Shown in pieces: positions 1 through 9,800 of a DNA stretch of 32,000 bases; within the stretch, counting starts at the first letter, position 1; every line of letters starts with the position of its first letter. The stretch comes from Demequinaceae bacterium (GTDB lineage: Bacteria; Actinomycetota; Actinomycetes; Actinomycetales; Demequinaceae): NCBI GenBank assembly GCA_965250005.1, contig OZ252279.1, forward strand, positions 1,500,001-1,532,000, in the 5' to 3' direction. Position numbers and translations under genes: made by a program. The notes beneath the pieces are model-generated. The model had not been told where the DNA came from. It did no database searches and saw only the letters and a list, made by a program, of their open reading frames with translations.

Positions 1-1
1 C

Positions 2-73
2 AAATGGCCCTCGCGGCCTAAACCCGAACTGTCACCAGTTCCTGCACCAGCCCCGAACGTGCTCCCAAAATAG
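2..73 (+). CDS. C-terminal fragment of IS3-family OrfA (5' truncated by the window edge)
   Basis: Frame 2 is open from the window edge to TAG at 71-73 (...APAPNVLPK*). It overlaps the open frame of OrfB at CCCAAAA. Confidence 0.4.
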   Translation, partial: KWPSRPKPELSPVPAPAPNVLPK

Positions 74-960
74 GTTTCCGGCTCGTCCACGAGCTCAGCC
101 GCGACGGTATCCCCGTCGCGGTGGCGTGCCAAAAACTTGGCGTTTCTCGTGCCGGCTACTACGAGTGGTTAGGCAGGGCCCCGTCACGGCGTGCGGTCGC
201 GGATCGGACACTCACGGAGGTGATTTGTCGGATCCATCGTGACTCGCGGGGCACGTATGGTGCGAAACGTATCCACGACGAACTTTCAATCGAGCACGGT
301 GTGGCCTGCAGCCGTAAACGGGTGGCCCGACTGTTGCGTGAAGCGGGCCTGCGAGGCGTGTCACACGGGCGTAAACGGCGTGGATGGGCCCCAGCAGCAA
401 CCACCCATGACGACCTTGTCAAACGCCAGTTCCGAGCCGATCAGCCTGACCGGATCTGGTTTACGGACATCACGCAGCATCGCGCGCGTGATGGTTGGGT
501 TTACTGCTGCGCCGTTGTTGATGCTTTCTCCCGCCGTGTCGTGGGCTGGTCTATTGCTGACCGACCCACCGCCGAACTCGTCACGGACGCCCTGGAAATG
601 GCCCGCTGGCAACGCCGACCCCGGCCCGGAACTATTGTTCACGCCGATCGCGGAGCGCAATACACGAGTTGGATCTTCGGACACCGATTACGTGAAGCGG
701 GGCTCCTGGGTTCCATGGGACGAGTCGCCTCCAGCGTGGACAACGCCCTCATCGAATCATTCTGGTCAACCATGCAACGCGAACTACTCGACCGCCAGTC
801 CTGGGACAGTCGTATCGAACTGGCTGCAGCAATTTTCGAATGGATCGAAGGGTTCTACAACCCCCGCCGACGCCACACCGCCCTGACCGATCACCGCGGA
901 CGCTCCGTCAGCCCCGCCACGTTTGAAGCACTTCACACCCGTGCCCAAATAGCGGCATAA
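61..960 (+). CDS. IS3-family transposase OrfB (DDE integrase core, rve)
   Basis: Protein contains WFTDITQHRARDGWVYCCAVVDAFSRRVVGWS, IVHADRGAQYTS and NALIESFWSTMQRELLD (D, D, E catalytic triad). The track ORF starts at 121 (GTG), but the open frame continues upstream (APKIGFRLVHELSRDGIPVAV...). OrfB is probably made by frameshift from OrfA. Confidence 0.93.
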   Translation, partial: APKIGFRLVHELSRDGIPVAVACQKLGVSRAGYYEWLGRAPSRRAVADRTLTEVICRIHRDSRGTYGAKRIHDELSIEHGVACSRKRVARLLREAGLRGVSHGRKRRGWAPAATTHDDLVKRQFRADQPDRIWFTDITQHRARDGWVYCCAVVDAFSRRVVGWSIADRPTAELVTDALEMARWQRRPRPGTIVHADRGAQYTSWIFGHRLREAGLLGSMGRVASSVDNALIESFWSTMQRELLDRQSWDSRIELAAAIFEWIEGFYNPRRRHTALTDHRGRSVSPATFEALHTRAQIAA

Positions 961-1414
961 TCAACACACACCCCGTGTCCGGAAAAGCGGGGTCGGCTCC
1001 CCCATTGGCGACTTGCTGTTCTTTGTCGCTGACTGGTTAAACGCGGAGGAGCACTACAATGGAGTGGGCGTCGAACCAGGCCTGGCCCTTGAATTGGGGG
1101 GGCGCGAAGCCCTGGTCGGGTTGACGGCTGGTCTTGGAACAGAGGCGGCCTTGTCGCCCGGGGTAGCGTTTGTTTGTGGAGCTAGTGTGGGCGTAGCTTG
1201 CCCGGGCGTCGTCGTCGTGGCAAATCTTATAAGTTGGGGAGTTGAAGAAATCTCGGTCTCCGGCGTACGGTCCGAATTCGACTGTATGTTTGCGAATATT
1301 TGTTCACCAGGATTCTTCAGAGACTTCCCGGATCCAACTCCGTCACCGGGCCCGGATCCTAATTTATACTGGGAAGGTCGCTAGGTCTGGTCATACGCGT
1401 TCAGGGAGGAATCC

Positions 1415-1972
1415 GTGTTTCGGAGAATCGTTTACGCCAGTCTTCTTGTCGCGCTGCTCGGCACGGCTGGATGTGGAACGCTCGCCAATCCCTTTGGGCC
1501 GCGGGAGCCAAAGCCGGTGCTCATCGTTCCGGATGAGACCGGAGGTATGACAATCTCGGTGCCGCTGTGCGTGGGCGATGAAGACTTTTCGGTCGGTGTC
1601 GGGGGATACAACGGCGTCCGCGATCGCGGCGTTGACTACTTGCTTGAAGGTGCCTCCACACGAACCGAGACAATCGTTCTGCGTCTAACCGTCGACACCA
1701 TCCTGGCTGGCGCGCTTACCGATCAGTTGCCGTTGGCTCCATGGGCCGCCGCATACGAAGCAGACTTCAACTCGGTGGCCGATGCTGGGTTGTTCTACGT
1801 ACGCGGCAAACTATTCTACGAGGCGGTCTACATGTCGGACCTGCCGCTCGCTGGCTCAAACCCAGTGATTCTTGGACTTGCACCGGGCACTGCTCTTGAA
1901 CCCGAATTCGAACCTACGACCGCTGAAGCGGGATTGACTGTCATCGAAGATTGGTGCGAGGGTCTGCTGTAG
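1415..1972 (+). CDS. Putative secreted lipoprotein of unknown function
   Basis: GTG start preceded by GGGAGGA. N-terminus MFRRIVYASLLVALLGTAGC has positive residues, a hydrophobic stretch and a lipobox-like TAGC. Confidence 0.65.
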   Translation: MFRRIVYASLLVALLGTAGCGTLANPFGPREPKPVLIVPDETGGMTISVPLCVGDEDFSVGVGGYNGVRDRGVDYLLEGASTRTETIVLRLTVDTILAGALTDQLPLAPWAAAYEADFNSVADAGLFYVRGKLFYEAVYMSDLPLAGSNPVILGLAPGTALEPEFEPTTAEAGLTVIEDWCEGLL

Positions 1973-2305
1973 CTTTTGTTGTCACGTTGACCTGACCTAC
2001 GGTTTGGTTACCCGATCAGTTGTGTCGTGCTGGCGTGGATGGTGAACCGTCTACGGTTTCTTGCCGTTCCTATGCGGGTGCCAGCACCGGCGGTGTTGGC
2101 GTCGTGAAGCGCCCCAACGAGATTCTGCGGACAGCGTCAGCGTTTTTTGCTGCGGAACTCGACTGCTCGCCACGCCCGTTTGGGTCCACATGGGTTTCAG
2201 CCGAGGCTCCTCTCAGGTAGACTTTGGCCACTGCTTCGGCGCCGCGTCGCGTCGACCAAGCGCAATGGCGAGCCCGCCGCGCACCCGTAGCTCCCGCGAG
2301 GAATC

Positions 2306-4627
2306 ATGACCGAGAACACCAGCACTCCTGTGTCCGCACCCGCCTTCCCCGGCGGCACCATTCTTGGCTACCCTCGCATCGGCAAGATGCGTGAACTCAA
2401 GAAGGCGCTTGAATCCTTCTGGAAGGGCGCCTCGACAGCGGCCGACCTCGAGTCGGCTGCCGCCGCCCTGCGGTCCGAAACCCGCGAGCGCCTCGCGGCG
2501 CTCGGGTTGGGCCGCACCAACTCGGCCATCCCGTCCAACTTTAGTTTCTACGACCACGTGCTCGACGCGTCAGTCACCTTCGGTGCTATCCCGTCGCGCT
2601 TCGCTGACCTGCGTGGCGCCGACGGATCGGTCGACCTCGCCGGTTACAGCACCATCGCGCGTGGCCAGGGCGACAAGGCCCCCCTCGAAATGACCAAGTG
2701 GTTCGACTCGAACTATCACTACCTGGTTCCCGAGATCGGCCCCGAGACGGACTTCACGCTCTCATCCAGCCGCTGGGTTGACGAGTTCGTGGAGGCCAAG
2801 AAGGCCGGCTTCGTGACCCGCCCGGTCATCACCGGACCGCTTACCTTCCTGCTGCTCGCCAAGGCAAGCGACGGCGCGCCAGAAGGTTTCCAGCCGCTGT
2901 CGCGCCTTGCTGACCTGCTCCCCGTCTACGTCGAGCTGCTTGCGCAGTTCAGGGACGCCGGCGCGGACTGGGTCCAGATCGACGAGCCGGTCCTGGTCGC
3001 GGACAGCGACACCGCCCGCGCCGACGTTCTCGCCGCAGCGAAGCAGACCTACGACGCACTCTCGGGTGCGGCCAACCGCCCGGCGATCTTCGTCGCCGCG
3101 CCGTACAACTCGCTCGACGACGCGCTCCCCGTCCTCGCCGCGAGCTCTATCGAGGCCGTCGGCCTGGACCTCATCCGTGGCTCGGTGCCGTCCGGCGTCG
3201 ACCTGGCCGGAAAGACCGTTGTCGCTGGTGTGGTCGATGGTCACAACATCTGGCGCACTGACCTCGACAAGGCACTCGAGACCGCGTCCGCCGTCGCATC
3301 CCTCGGCGGCACGGTCGCCGTATCGAGTTCCACGTCTCTCTTCCACGTTCCCCACACGTTGCAGGGTGAAGAGCACCTGAGTGCGGAACTGCTCAGCTGG
3401 CTCGCGTTCGCAGACGAGAAGGTTGCGGAAATCGTGACCCTGTCGAAGGCCCGCGTGAGTGGCGAGGCGTCGGTAGCAGGGGCGCTGTCCGAGACACGAG
3501 CCGCGCTCGAGTCCCGCTCCAAGCACCCGGGAACCAACGTGGCATCCGTGCGTGATGCGCTCGCGGCCGTGAAGGACGCGGACTTCAACCGGAGCGAGTT
3601 CGCTGCGCGCGAGTCTGCTCAGGCTGACCGCTTCAAACTCCCGGAGCTCGCGACCACGACCATCGGCTCCTTCCCGCAGACGCAGGAAATCCGCAAAGCA
3701 CGCGCGGCATGGGCCAAGGGAAGCCTGAGCGACGCTGACTATGAGACCGCGATGAAGGCCGAGATCGCTTCCGTTGTGAAGCTCCAGGAGGACCTGGGTC
3801 TGGATGTGCTGGTGCACGGCGAAGCCGAGCGCAACGACATGGTCCAGTACTTTGCCGAGCTGCTCGAGGGCTTCGACGTCACCGTCAACGGCTGGGTGCA
3901 GTCATACGGTTCGCGTTGCACGCGTCCGTCGATCCTGTGGGGAGACGTCCACCGTCCCGAAGCCATGACCGTCAAGTGGGCTCAGTACGCGCAGTCGCTC
4001 AGCGACAAGCCAGTTAAGGGCATGCTTACCGGACCAGTGACAATCCTCGCGTGGTCGTTCGTTCGCGACGACCAGCCGTTGGGCGTCACCGCTAACCAGG
4101 TGGGCCTGGCTCTCCGCGACGAGATCGCTGACCTCGAGGCCGCCGGCATCGGCATCATTCAGGTGGACGAACCCGCCCTGCGCGAGCTGCTGCCCCTGAA
4201 GAACGACGACAAGGCCGCGTACCTCGAGTGGGCTGTGAACTCCTTCCGCTTGGCGACTGCGGGCGCCGTGGACGACACCCAGGTCCACACACACCTGTGC
4301 TACTCGGAGTTCGGCGAGATCATCGACGCGATCGACGGGCTCGACGCCGACGTCACCTCGATCGAAGCTGCGCGCTCGCGCATGGAGGTCCTCCCAGCCA
4401 TCCAGGCGCACGGCTACCAGCGAGGAATCGGTCCGGGCGTGTGGGACATTCACTCGCCGCGCGTGCCGTCCACCAAGGAGGTAACGGAACTGCTCGCGCT
4501 CGCGAAGTCCTCGATCCCCGGCAAGCAACTATGGGTCAACCCTGACTGCGGGCTCAAGACGCGCGGATATGAAGAAACCAACCAGACGCTCAAGAACATG
4601 CTCGAGGCAACTGCGGCTGTTCGGTAG
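2306..4627 (+). CDS. metE: 5-methyltetrahydropteroyltriglutamate--homocysteine S-methyltransferase (cobalamin-independent methionine synthase)
   Basis: 773 aa. N-terminal GGTILGYPRIGKMRELKKALESFWKG; C-terminal Zn-site motifs VHTHLCYSEF and WVNPDCGLKTRG; TTTIGSFPQTQEIR. All are hallmark MetE motifs. Confidence 0.97.
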   Translation: MTENTSTPVSAPAFPGGTILGYPRIGKMRELKKALESFWKGASTAADLESAAAALRSETRERLAALGLGRTNSAIPSNFSFYDHVLDASVTFGAIPSRFADLRGADGSVDLAGYSTIARGQGDKAPLEMTKWFDSNYHYLVPEIGPETDFTLSSSRWVDEFVEAKKAGFVTRPVITGPLTFLLLAKASDGAPEGFQPLSRLADLLPVYVELLAQFRDAGADWVQIDEPVLVADSDTARADVLAAAKQTYDALSGAANRPAIFVAAPYNSLDDALPVLAASSIEAVGLDLIRGSVPSGVDLAGKTVVAGVVDGHNIWRTDLDKALETASAVASLGGTVAVSSSTSLFHVPHTLQGEEHLSAELLSWLAFADEKVAEIVTLSKARVSGEASVAGALSETRAALESRSKHPGTNVASVRDALAAVKDADFNRSEFAARESAQADRFKLPELATTTIGSFPQTQEIRKARAAWAKGSLSDADYETAMKAEIASVVKLQEDLGLDVLVHGEAERNDMVQYFAELLEGFDVTVNGWVQSYGSRCTRPSILWGDVHRPEAMTVKWAQYAQSLSDKPVKGMLTGPVTILAWSFVRDDQPLGVTANQVGLALRDEIADLEAAGIGIIQVDEPALRELLPLKNDDKAAYLEWAVNSFRLATAGAVDDTQVHTHLCYSEFGEIIDAIDGLDADVTSIEAARSRMEVLPAIQAHGYQRGIGPGVWDIHSPRVPSTKEVTELLALAKSSIPGKQLWVNPDCGLKTRGYEETNQTLKNMLEATAAVR

Positions 4628-4723
4628 TCGCCGCGGCACGGGGTTGGAGCCCGCGACTCACGGTTATCTAGGCGAACCACTCGAGTTTGCGGAATCGACA
4701 AATACGGGCCGCATCTCTGAGGG

Positions 4724-6037
4724 TCAATCGACGTCCTCTGTGTACGGCAAGGAGCGGATGTAGCGCCATGAGGCGAGAGCAATGAGCATCGCGATCAGGC
4801 CCGCTCCGACCGAAACGGCGAACCCGCCAGCGTACCCGTGGCGCTCAATGAGCACGCCGGTAAGCCAGGCGCTTCCCGCTATGCCTAGGTCGATTCCGGT
4901 GCGCGTCCAAGTCATTGCTTCGGTCACCCTCGCGGTGCCAACGGCTGCGTGTGTCGCTCCGTCCCCCACAGCCATCGTCGGTGCGATGGCCAGCCCCGTC
5001 GCGAACAAGAGTGCACCAAGAACGAGGAGGTTGGGCGCAAAATACACGCCCACGGCCCCGACCGCGGTGAAGGAGAATCCGGCGAGCAGGCGCGAGGCAA
5101 GAGTCACGGTCCATTTGCGTGCGCCGTAGATCACGCCTCCAACGAGCGACCCGAGCGCGAACACGGCCAACACGATCCCGGCGTATTGCTTGTGGCCCAG
5201 ATGCTCCGCGAATGCGACTGTTGACGCGTCGATGCTGACGAACATTGCGCCTGAGGCCCCGAACATTGCGACTAGGAGCAGCAGGCTGGGACGTTCGATG
5301 AGCAGTGGCTTGCCGACTCGCCGCCGAAACCGAAGTCTGGTGGGAACGGAGGCCGAGACCGCAATGGCCGCGCCCGTCGGAGACGAGGCCGCCTCGGTGG
5401 CCACGTCGTTGGGCACGCGTTTGTTGGAACGCGGAGCCGGTTCCGTTGAGCGCTGGGCGATGAACATGTATCCCCCGATGGCGACGGACGCCGCCGCGAC
5501 CGCAGCGGCTGACCACGGCGCGACCTGGACCGCGAGTATTGTCGCAGTGGGGGGCCCGGCAATGAATACGATCTCCTCGAGCGCGGACTCCATGGAAAAC
5601 GCAGTGTTAAGCCGGTCGCGGTCGCGCAACAACTTCACCCAACGCGCGCGTCCGTACGTCGACTGGGTCCCGGCGGCGGCCATGAACGGCACGACGGACC
5701 ACAGCACCCAGAGCGGTTGGTGGGTAAGCGCCGCTGCGATCAACGCCACGCGGCCCGCTACGCTCACCGCGTACCCTACTCGCAGGACCTTGAACTGCCC
5801 GTGGCGATCGACCAGCCGAGCGACGTTGGGGCCGACAATCCCCCAGGCGAGTGCTTGGACGGCAACAACGGCGCCAGCGATTCCATAGTTGTCGTACTCG
5901 ATTTGGATCAAGAGGAAGGTGCCCAACCCTGTCAGACCCATTTGGAGGCGGGCGACTAATCCCCACACGGTGAAGGCCCGTGCGCCTGGGATGTTGAGGA
6001 TGTCCCGATAGGGGGCGAAGAGTGATGGCGTCGTCAT
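4724..6037 (-). CDS. MFS transporter
   Basis: The track ORF begins at 6310, but the credible start is ATG at 6037 (MTTPSLFAPYRDILNIPGARAFTVWGLVARLQMG...). About 437 aa with about 10-12 hydrophobic helices and MFS-like loop ARLVDRHGQFKVLR. Confidence 0.85.
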   Translation of the reverse strand: MTTPSLFAPYRDILNIPGARAFTVWGLVARLQMGLTGLGTFLLIQIEYDNYGIAGAVVAVQALAWGIVGPNVARLVDRHGQFKVLRVGYAVSVAGRVALIAAALTHQPLWVLWSVVPFMAAAGTQSTYGRARWVKLLRDRDRLNTAFSMESALEEIVFIAGPPTATILAVQVAPWSAAAVAAASVAIGGYMFIAQRSTEPAPRSNKRVPNDVATEAASSPTGAAIAVSASVPTRLRFRRRVGKPLLIERPSLLLLVAMFGASGAMFVSIDASTVAFAEHLGHKQYAGIVLAVFALGSLVGGVIYGARKWTVTLASRLLAGFSFTAVGAVGVYFAPNLLVLGALLFATGLAIAPTMAVGDGATHAAVGTARVTEAMTWTRTGIDLGIAGSAWLTGVLIERHGYAGGFAVSVGAGLIAMLIALASWRYIRSLPYTEDVD

Positions 6038-6201
6038 GGTGCACCTTGCTGAGCTCACGCGCGCAACCGCGCGTCTGTCACACCACCTGCGCGACGTGAC
6101 CGGCGCATCGGCGCGTGGCCGACATCGCCCATTGTGGCACGACGGCCTCGAGTTGTGCGCGTCCGCTGGCGCGATGACTTCCCTGAACGTACGATCACAG
6201 C

Positions 6202-6693
6202 ATGAAGCGACTCGTGGCGACAGTGACATTTGCCTTAGCCCTTTCCGCGTGCTCCGGGGGAGTAGACGCCCAAGACCCGGCAGATTCCGCGGGCGGTGGC
6301 GGCGCCTCAACCACCGAAATCGACTGCGCGCTCCTCTCGGACGCAGACATGGCGACCTACGGCATCGGTATTCAGTTCCTCGCTCAAATCCGTGACCAGG
6401 GCAGCGTTGACCTCATTCAGGCAGGCACCATCAACTACGACCCGGACGCTATCGAGCGAGTTCTCAACACGATGCGCATGTTTGAGGGAATCGACAACGA
6501 GCCCTTTGGCGACCCGGCCGATGGAATCGCGTTCTTTCTTGAGGCGAACGAGATTGTGCGCTCCATCCTTGCGGAGGAGGGCCCCGTCTCGTCCGAGTTG
6601 TTTGATCAACTCGCTGTCTACAACGCCGACATTGCCGAGTTTCTGCAAAACCAGATCTCCATCAACGCGGCGTTCAACGACAACTGCGCGTAG
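6202..6693 (+). CDS. Putative lipoprotein of unknown function
   Basis: MKRLVATVTFALALSACSGG signal with lipobox SAC; 163 aa; ATG start. Confidence 0.65.
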   Translation: MKRLVATVTFALALSACSGGVDAQDPADSAGGGGASTTEIDCALLSDADMATYGIGIQFLAQIRDQGSVDLIQAGTINYDPDAIERVLNTMRMFEGIDNEPFGDPADGIAFFLEANEIVRSILAEEGPVSSELFDQLAVYNADIAEFLQNQISINAAFNDNCA

Positions 6694-6808
6694 CCTGACG
6701 CAAACTGGCGGCTTCCCGACTGGCTTGAGTGGGCCGTCGCTGCAACTCGAGAGTCCGATTGTGCGGTTTTTGCTCTACTCGAGGCCCTCGGTGAATGAGT
6801 CCCTGAGG

Positions 6809-9800
6809 CTAGGCGACCGTGCGGCGCAGGCGCCGTGCGCCCCATGTTGAGCCAAGTCCAGCCATCAACAGCGTGAGCGCCCACACGACTTCGGCCCAGA
6901 GTTTTGGGGGACCGCTGGCCGCGAGCTCCGCGGCCGTGAGCGTGATGGTGACGGAGACATCGTCGACGTCCGTGTACACCGTGAGAACGGCCGCGAGCGG
7001 GTCCGTCCACTCGACGCTTGCGGCGTTGAGGATCGATCCGGGCGTGGTGAGCGGATTAACCTCGGTAGAGACGACGATGTCTGGGGTGGTCCGTCCACGC
7101 GCGAGAGCTCCGTCGAGGATGCACGTGAGAACACCGCCATAGCCGTCTGGGTCGGTGACCACCAAATCGCACGTGTCCCAGTCGGGGACGGTCGCGTCCC
7201 CGGACAGTTCGATTGTGACATCCGTGACTTTCAGCACCGACGGGATGACGTCAATGAGAGTTACGTCGTCGGTGCTGCCGTAGGAAGTGCTTTCGACATT
7301 GATCCGGTACACGAGTACGCCCCCGCGCTCGACGACCAGGCGGTCGGCGGACTTGTTGACGATGAGTTCGGGCTCTGTGGTGGAATCGTCTGTGTCGTTG
7401 GAGGCGTCTGAGTCCGGGGTGTCGGACGACACGGTCGCTGTGTTGAGTACAAGTCCTACTACGGAGGCGTCAGCGGTCACGTCGAACTCAAACCAAGTCG
7501 AGCTGCCGTCCACCATTGTCCCGGCATTTGAGGTGAGCGTGCAGTCAATCATGCTCGCGTCACCACCATCAACTACGCAGGTCCAGCCGTCTCCAGCGGG
7601 GAACGTGAGCGCGCCCGCGTAGGTGAGTCCAGCGGGAAGTGTGTCGTCGACGACCACGTTGAGTGCGTCGGACGGACCGTTGTTAACCAATTCGATGCGA
7701 TAACGGCCGGTGCCGTTCGCGGGGATGTCGGAGGTGACGGTGCTCTTGACTAGCGCCAGGTCCGCATCAGTGTTGATCGGGTCGCTGTCGTCGTCAGTGT
7801 TGTTATCGGGGTCCGTGTCGGGAGTGGGATGCGCGACGGTCGCAGTGTTGTCGATGGTGCCCGTGGCTGAAGTCAGGATTGTGGCCGCTACGGTCAGAGT
7901 GGGCGTTGACGACGTCACGGCCAGTGCCGCTTCGGACCAACGGCAGACCAGCACGCCGCCAGCTGTAACTGGGTCGCATGCCCAGTCGGTGCCGGTCGCT
8001 ACAACGGTGTCCCAGTCGAGTTCGGAGGGTAGTGTGTCCGTCACCGTGAAAGTGGGTGCGGCGATCGAAGGACCGTTGTTGGTGACGTCGATTTCCCATG
8101 ACATGGATTCGCCGGCGACAAATGGTCCGCCAACGGAGTCTTTGGTGAGTTCGACGTCTGCGACAATCACGGTGCTCGCGGGGTCATCATCGTCGTTGTT
8201 CGGAGGGTTTGGATCGAATGTCCTTGCCGAGACGACGGCCGAGTTCGTGAAGTCGGAACTGGCCGCAAGGCTAGCGGGCAACGTGACGTTGATGGTGGCA
8301 ATGGGCAGGGCGCCTCCGGCGGCGATTGGGCCCGCGTGCGTAAGTGTGACGATCCCGGGGGCCGTCTCTGAACCGCTCCAACCTGTACCCGCGACACTCA
8401 CGAATGTGGCGCCGGCCGGCAGCGTGTCGGTAATAGCCACGGGACCGACGGCAGGGTCCCCGCCGGCGGCGTTGGTTACGGTGAGCGTCCACGAGAAGGC
8501 CGCTCCAGCTGTCGGGCTGCCAGTGTGGGCCTTGTCGATCGCAATGTCCGCTGAGTGGATCTGGACATCTGCGTCGGTGGAAGCGGTGTAGTTGCCAAGG
8601 GAATTGCCGGGCGCACCGGTGAGATCGTCAACGGTGACGACGGCGACGTTGGTGTGGTCGAACGCACTGCCTGTGTTCGAACCGTTCCACGTGGCACCCG
8701 CATCGGGGGTTGCGGTGTAGACGATAGTCACGGATTCCGAGGGAAGCAGGTCTGGCAGCGCGCTCCACGTAAGGACTTGGCTCGCGATTCCCGGATCGGC
8801 GGCAGGGGCACCGCCAACTGTCGTGGAGCCAGCGTTGTAGCTCCAGTCAACAAACAGGGTGTCTACGACCGTGACGTCCTCGGCTTCGCTGTCGCCGTCG
8901 TTCGTCACCACGATCGTGAAGATGTGTGCCTCCCCGATGTACGCAATCGACCCGGTTGGCGTTTTGGTGATCACTGGGTCCGGGAAATCGGGCGCCACCA
9001 CGGCGTCGGCCGCGGGCCCAGAATACTCGCGACGCTCGGGGGTGCTGAAACCCGTGCCGGTTGGGTGCGAGAAGAACTGTTCGACGTCAGCCACGTTGGT
9101 CAACGAGGACGCATCGAGGTATGACGATGCTGCGAGTGTGGCGTCGTACGTGAATGTGTGCGCGCTTCCCGCGCCCACGGCGAGCGACGCGAGCGTCCAC
9201 GTGATGGTTCCGCCGCCTGTGGTCGCACTTTCGCCGGTCAGCACGCCGCCGTCAGAAATTGACGCCTCGTTGACAATCACGTTGGTGGGAATGACGTCCT
9301 CAACGGTGACAGTGTAGGCGGTAGACGTTCCCGTGTTGGTCACTGTCACCCCGTAGCTGAATGCCTCGCCTGGCGCTACGGTGTCGGAGTCCAGGGAATT
9401 CACGAGCTTCGCGATCGCAAGCGTGGGCTCGACGATCGTGACGGTAGCCGTGGCAGGGGTGGTGCCGACGTTGCCGACATAACTTGCATCGGCAGGTGGG
9501 CCGACTATAACGCTGGCAGTGTTCCACCGGAGAGCCGCGGTGTTGACGATGGTGTCGCCTACGTCTGTGGCTACCTGGTCAAGCACGGTGGCGGTATATG
9601 TAGCGACGATCGTCCGGGTGTCGGCGTTGGAAGTGATGTCGCCGAGCCACCAGCCGATCGTGGTGCCAGCCGGGGTGAGGGCCGCTGCCGCGCCGGGGAG
9701 ATCTCCCGCGCAACTGCCGCCGCCGCCGTACGTGCAGGTGAAGACGACGGAGCCCGTGTCTACGGACATCGTGGCTGGAACGGTATCGATCATCGCTGTG

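Larger units (their letters stand above)
1..1004 (+). mobile_element. Right-hand part of an IS3-family insertion sequence (left end outside window)
   Basis: DDE transposase OrfB reading to 960. It is followed within 45 nt by a typical IS3-type terminal sequence (GTGTCCGGAAAAGCGGGGTCGGCTCCCCCA, 975-1004) ending in CA. The matching left inverted repeat is not in the window, so the exact end is inferred. Confidence 0.8.

Noticed and set aside
1013-1384. 123-aa ORF after the IS end
   Set aside because: Atypical composition, no recognisable motif and no clear RBS; probably a chance ORF in high-GC DNA.
1973-2305. Possible cobalamin or SAM riboswitch upstream of metE
   Set aside because: The 333-nt region was read for a B12 box and SAM-type core elements; no convincing match was found. 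A covariance-model search (Infernal against Rfam) would be needed to decide.
2762-3817. 351-aa minus-strand ORF antisense to metE
   Set aside because: Shadow ORF of a highly confident metE; composition biased to R/H/E/G.
4630-4700. T-arm-like sequence (GGGGTTGGAGCCC) downstream of metE, suggesting a tRNA remnant or att site
   Set aside because: The loop does not match GTTCRANYC and no acceptor, D or anticodon arms could be assembled around it.
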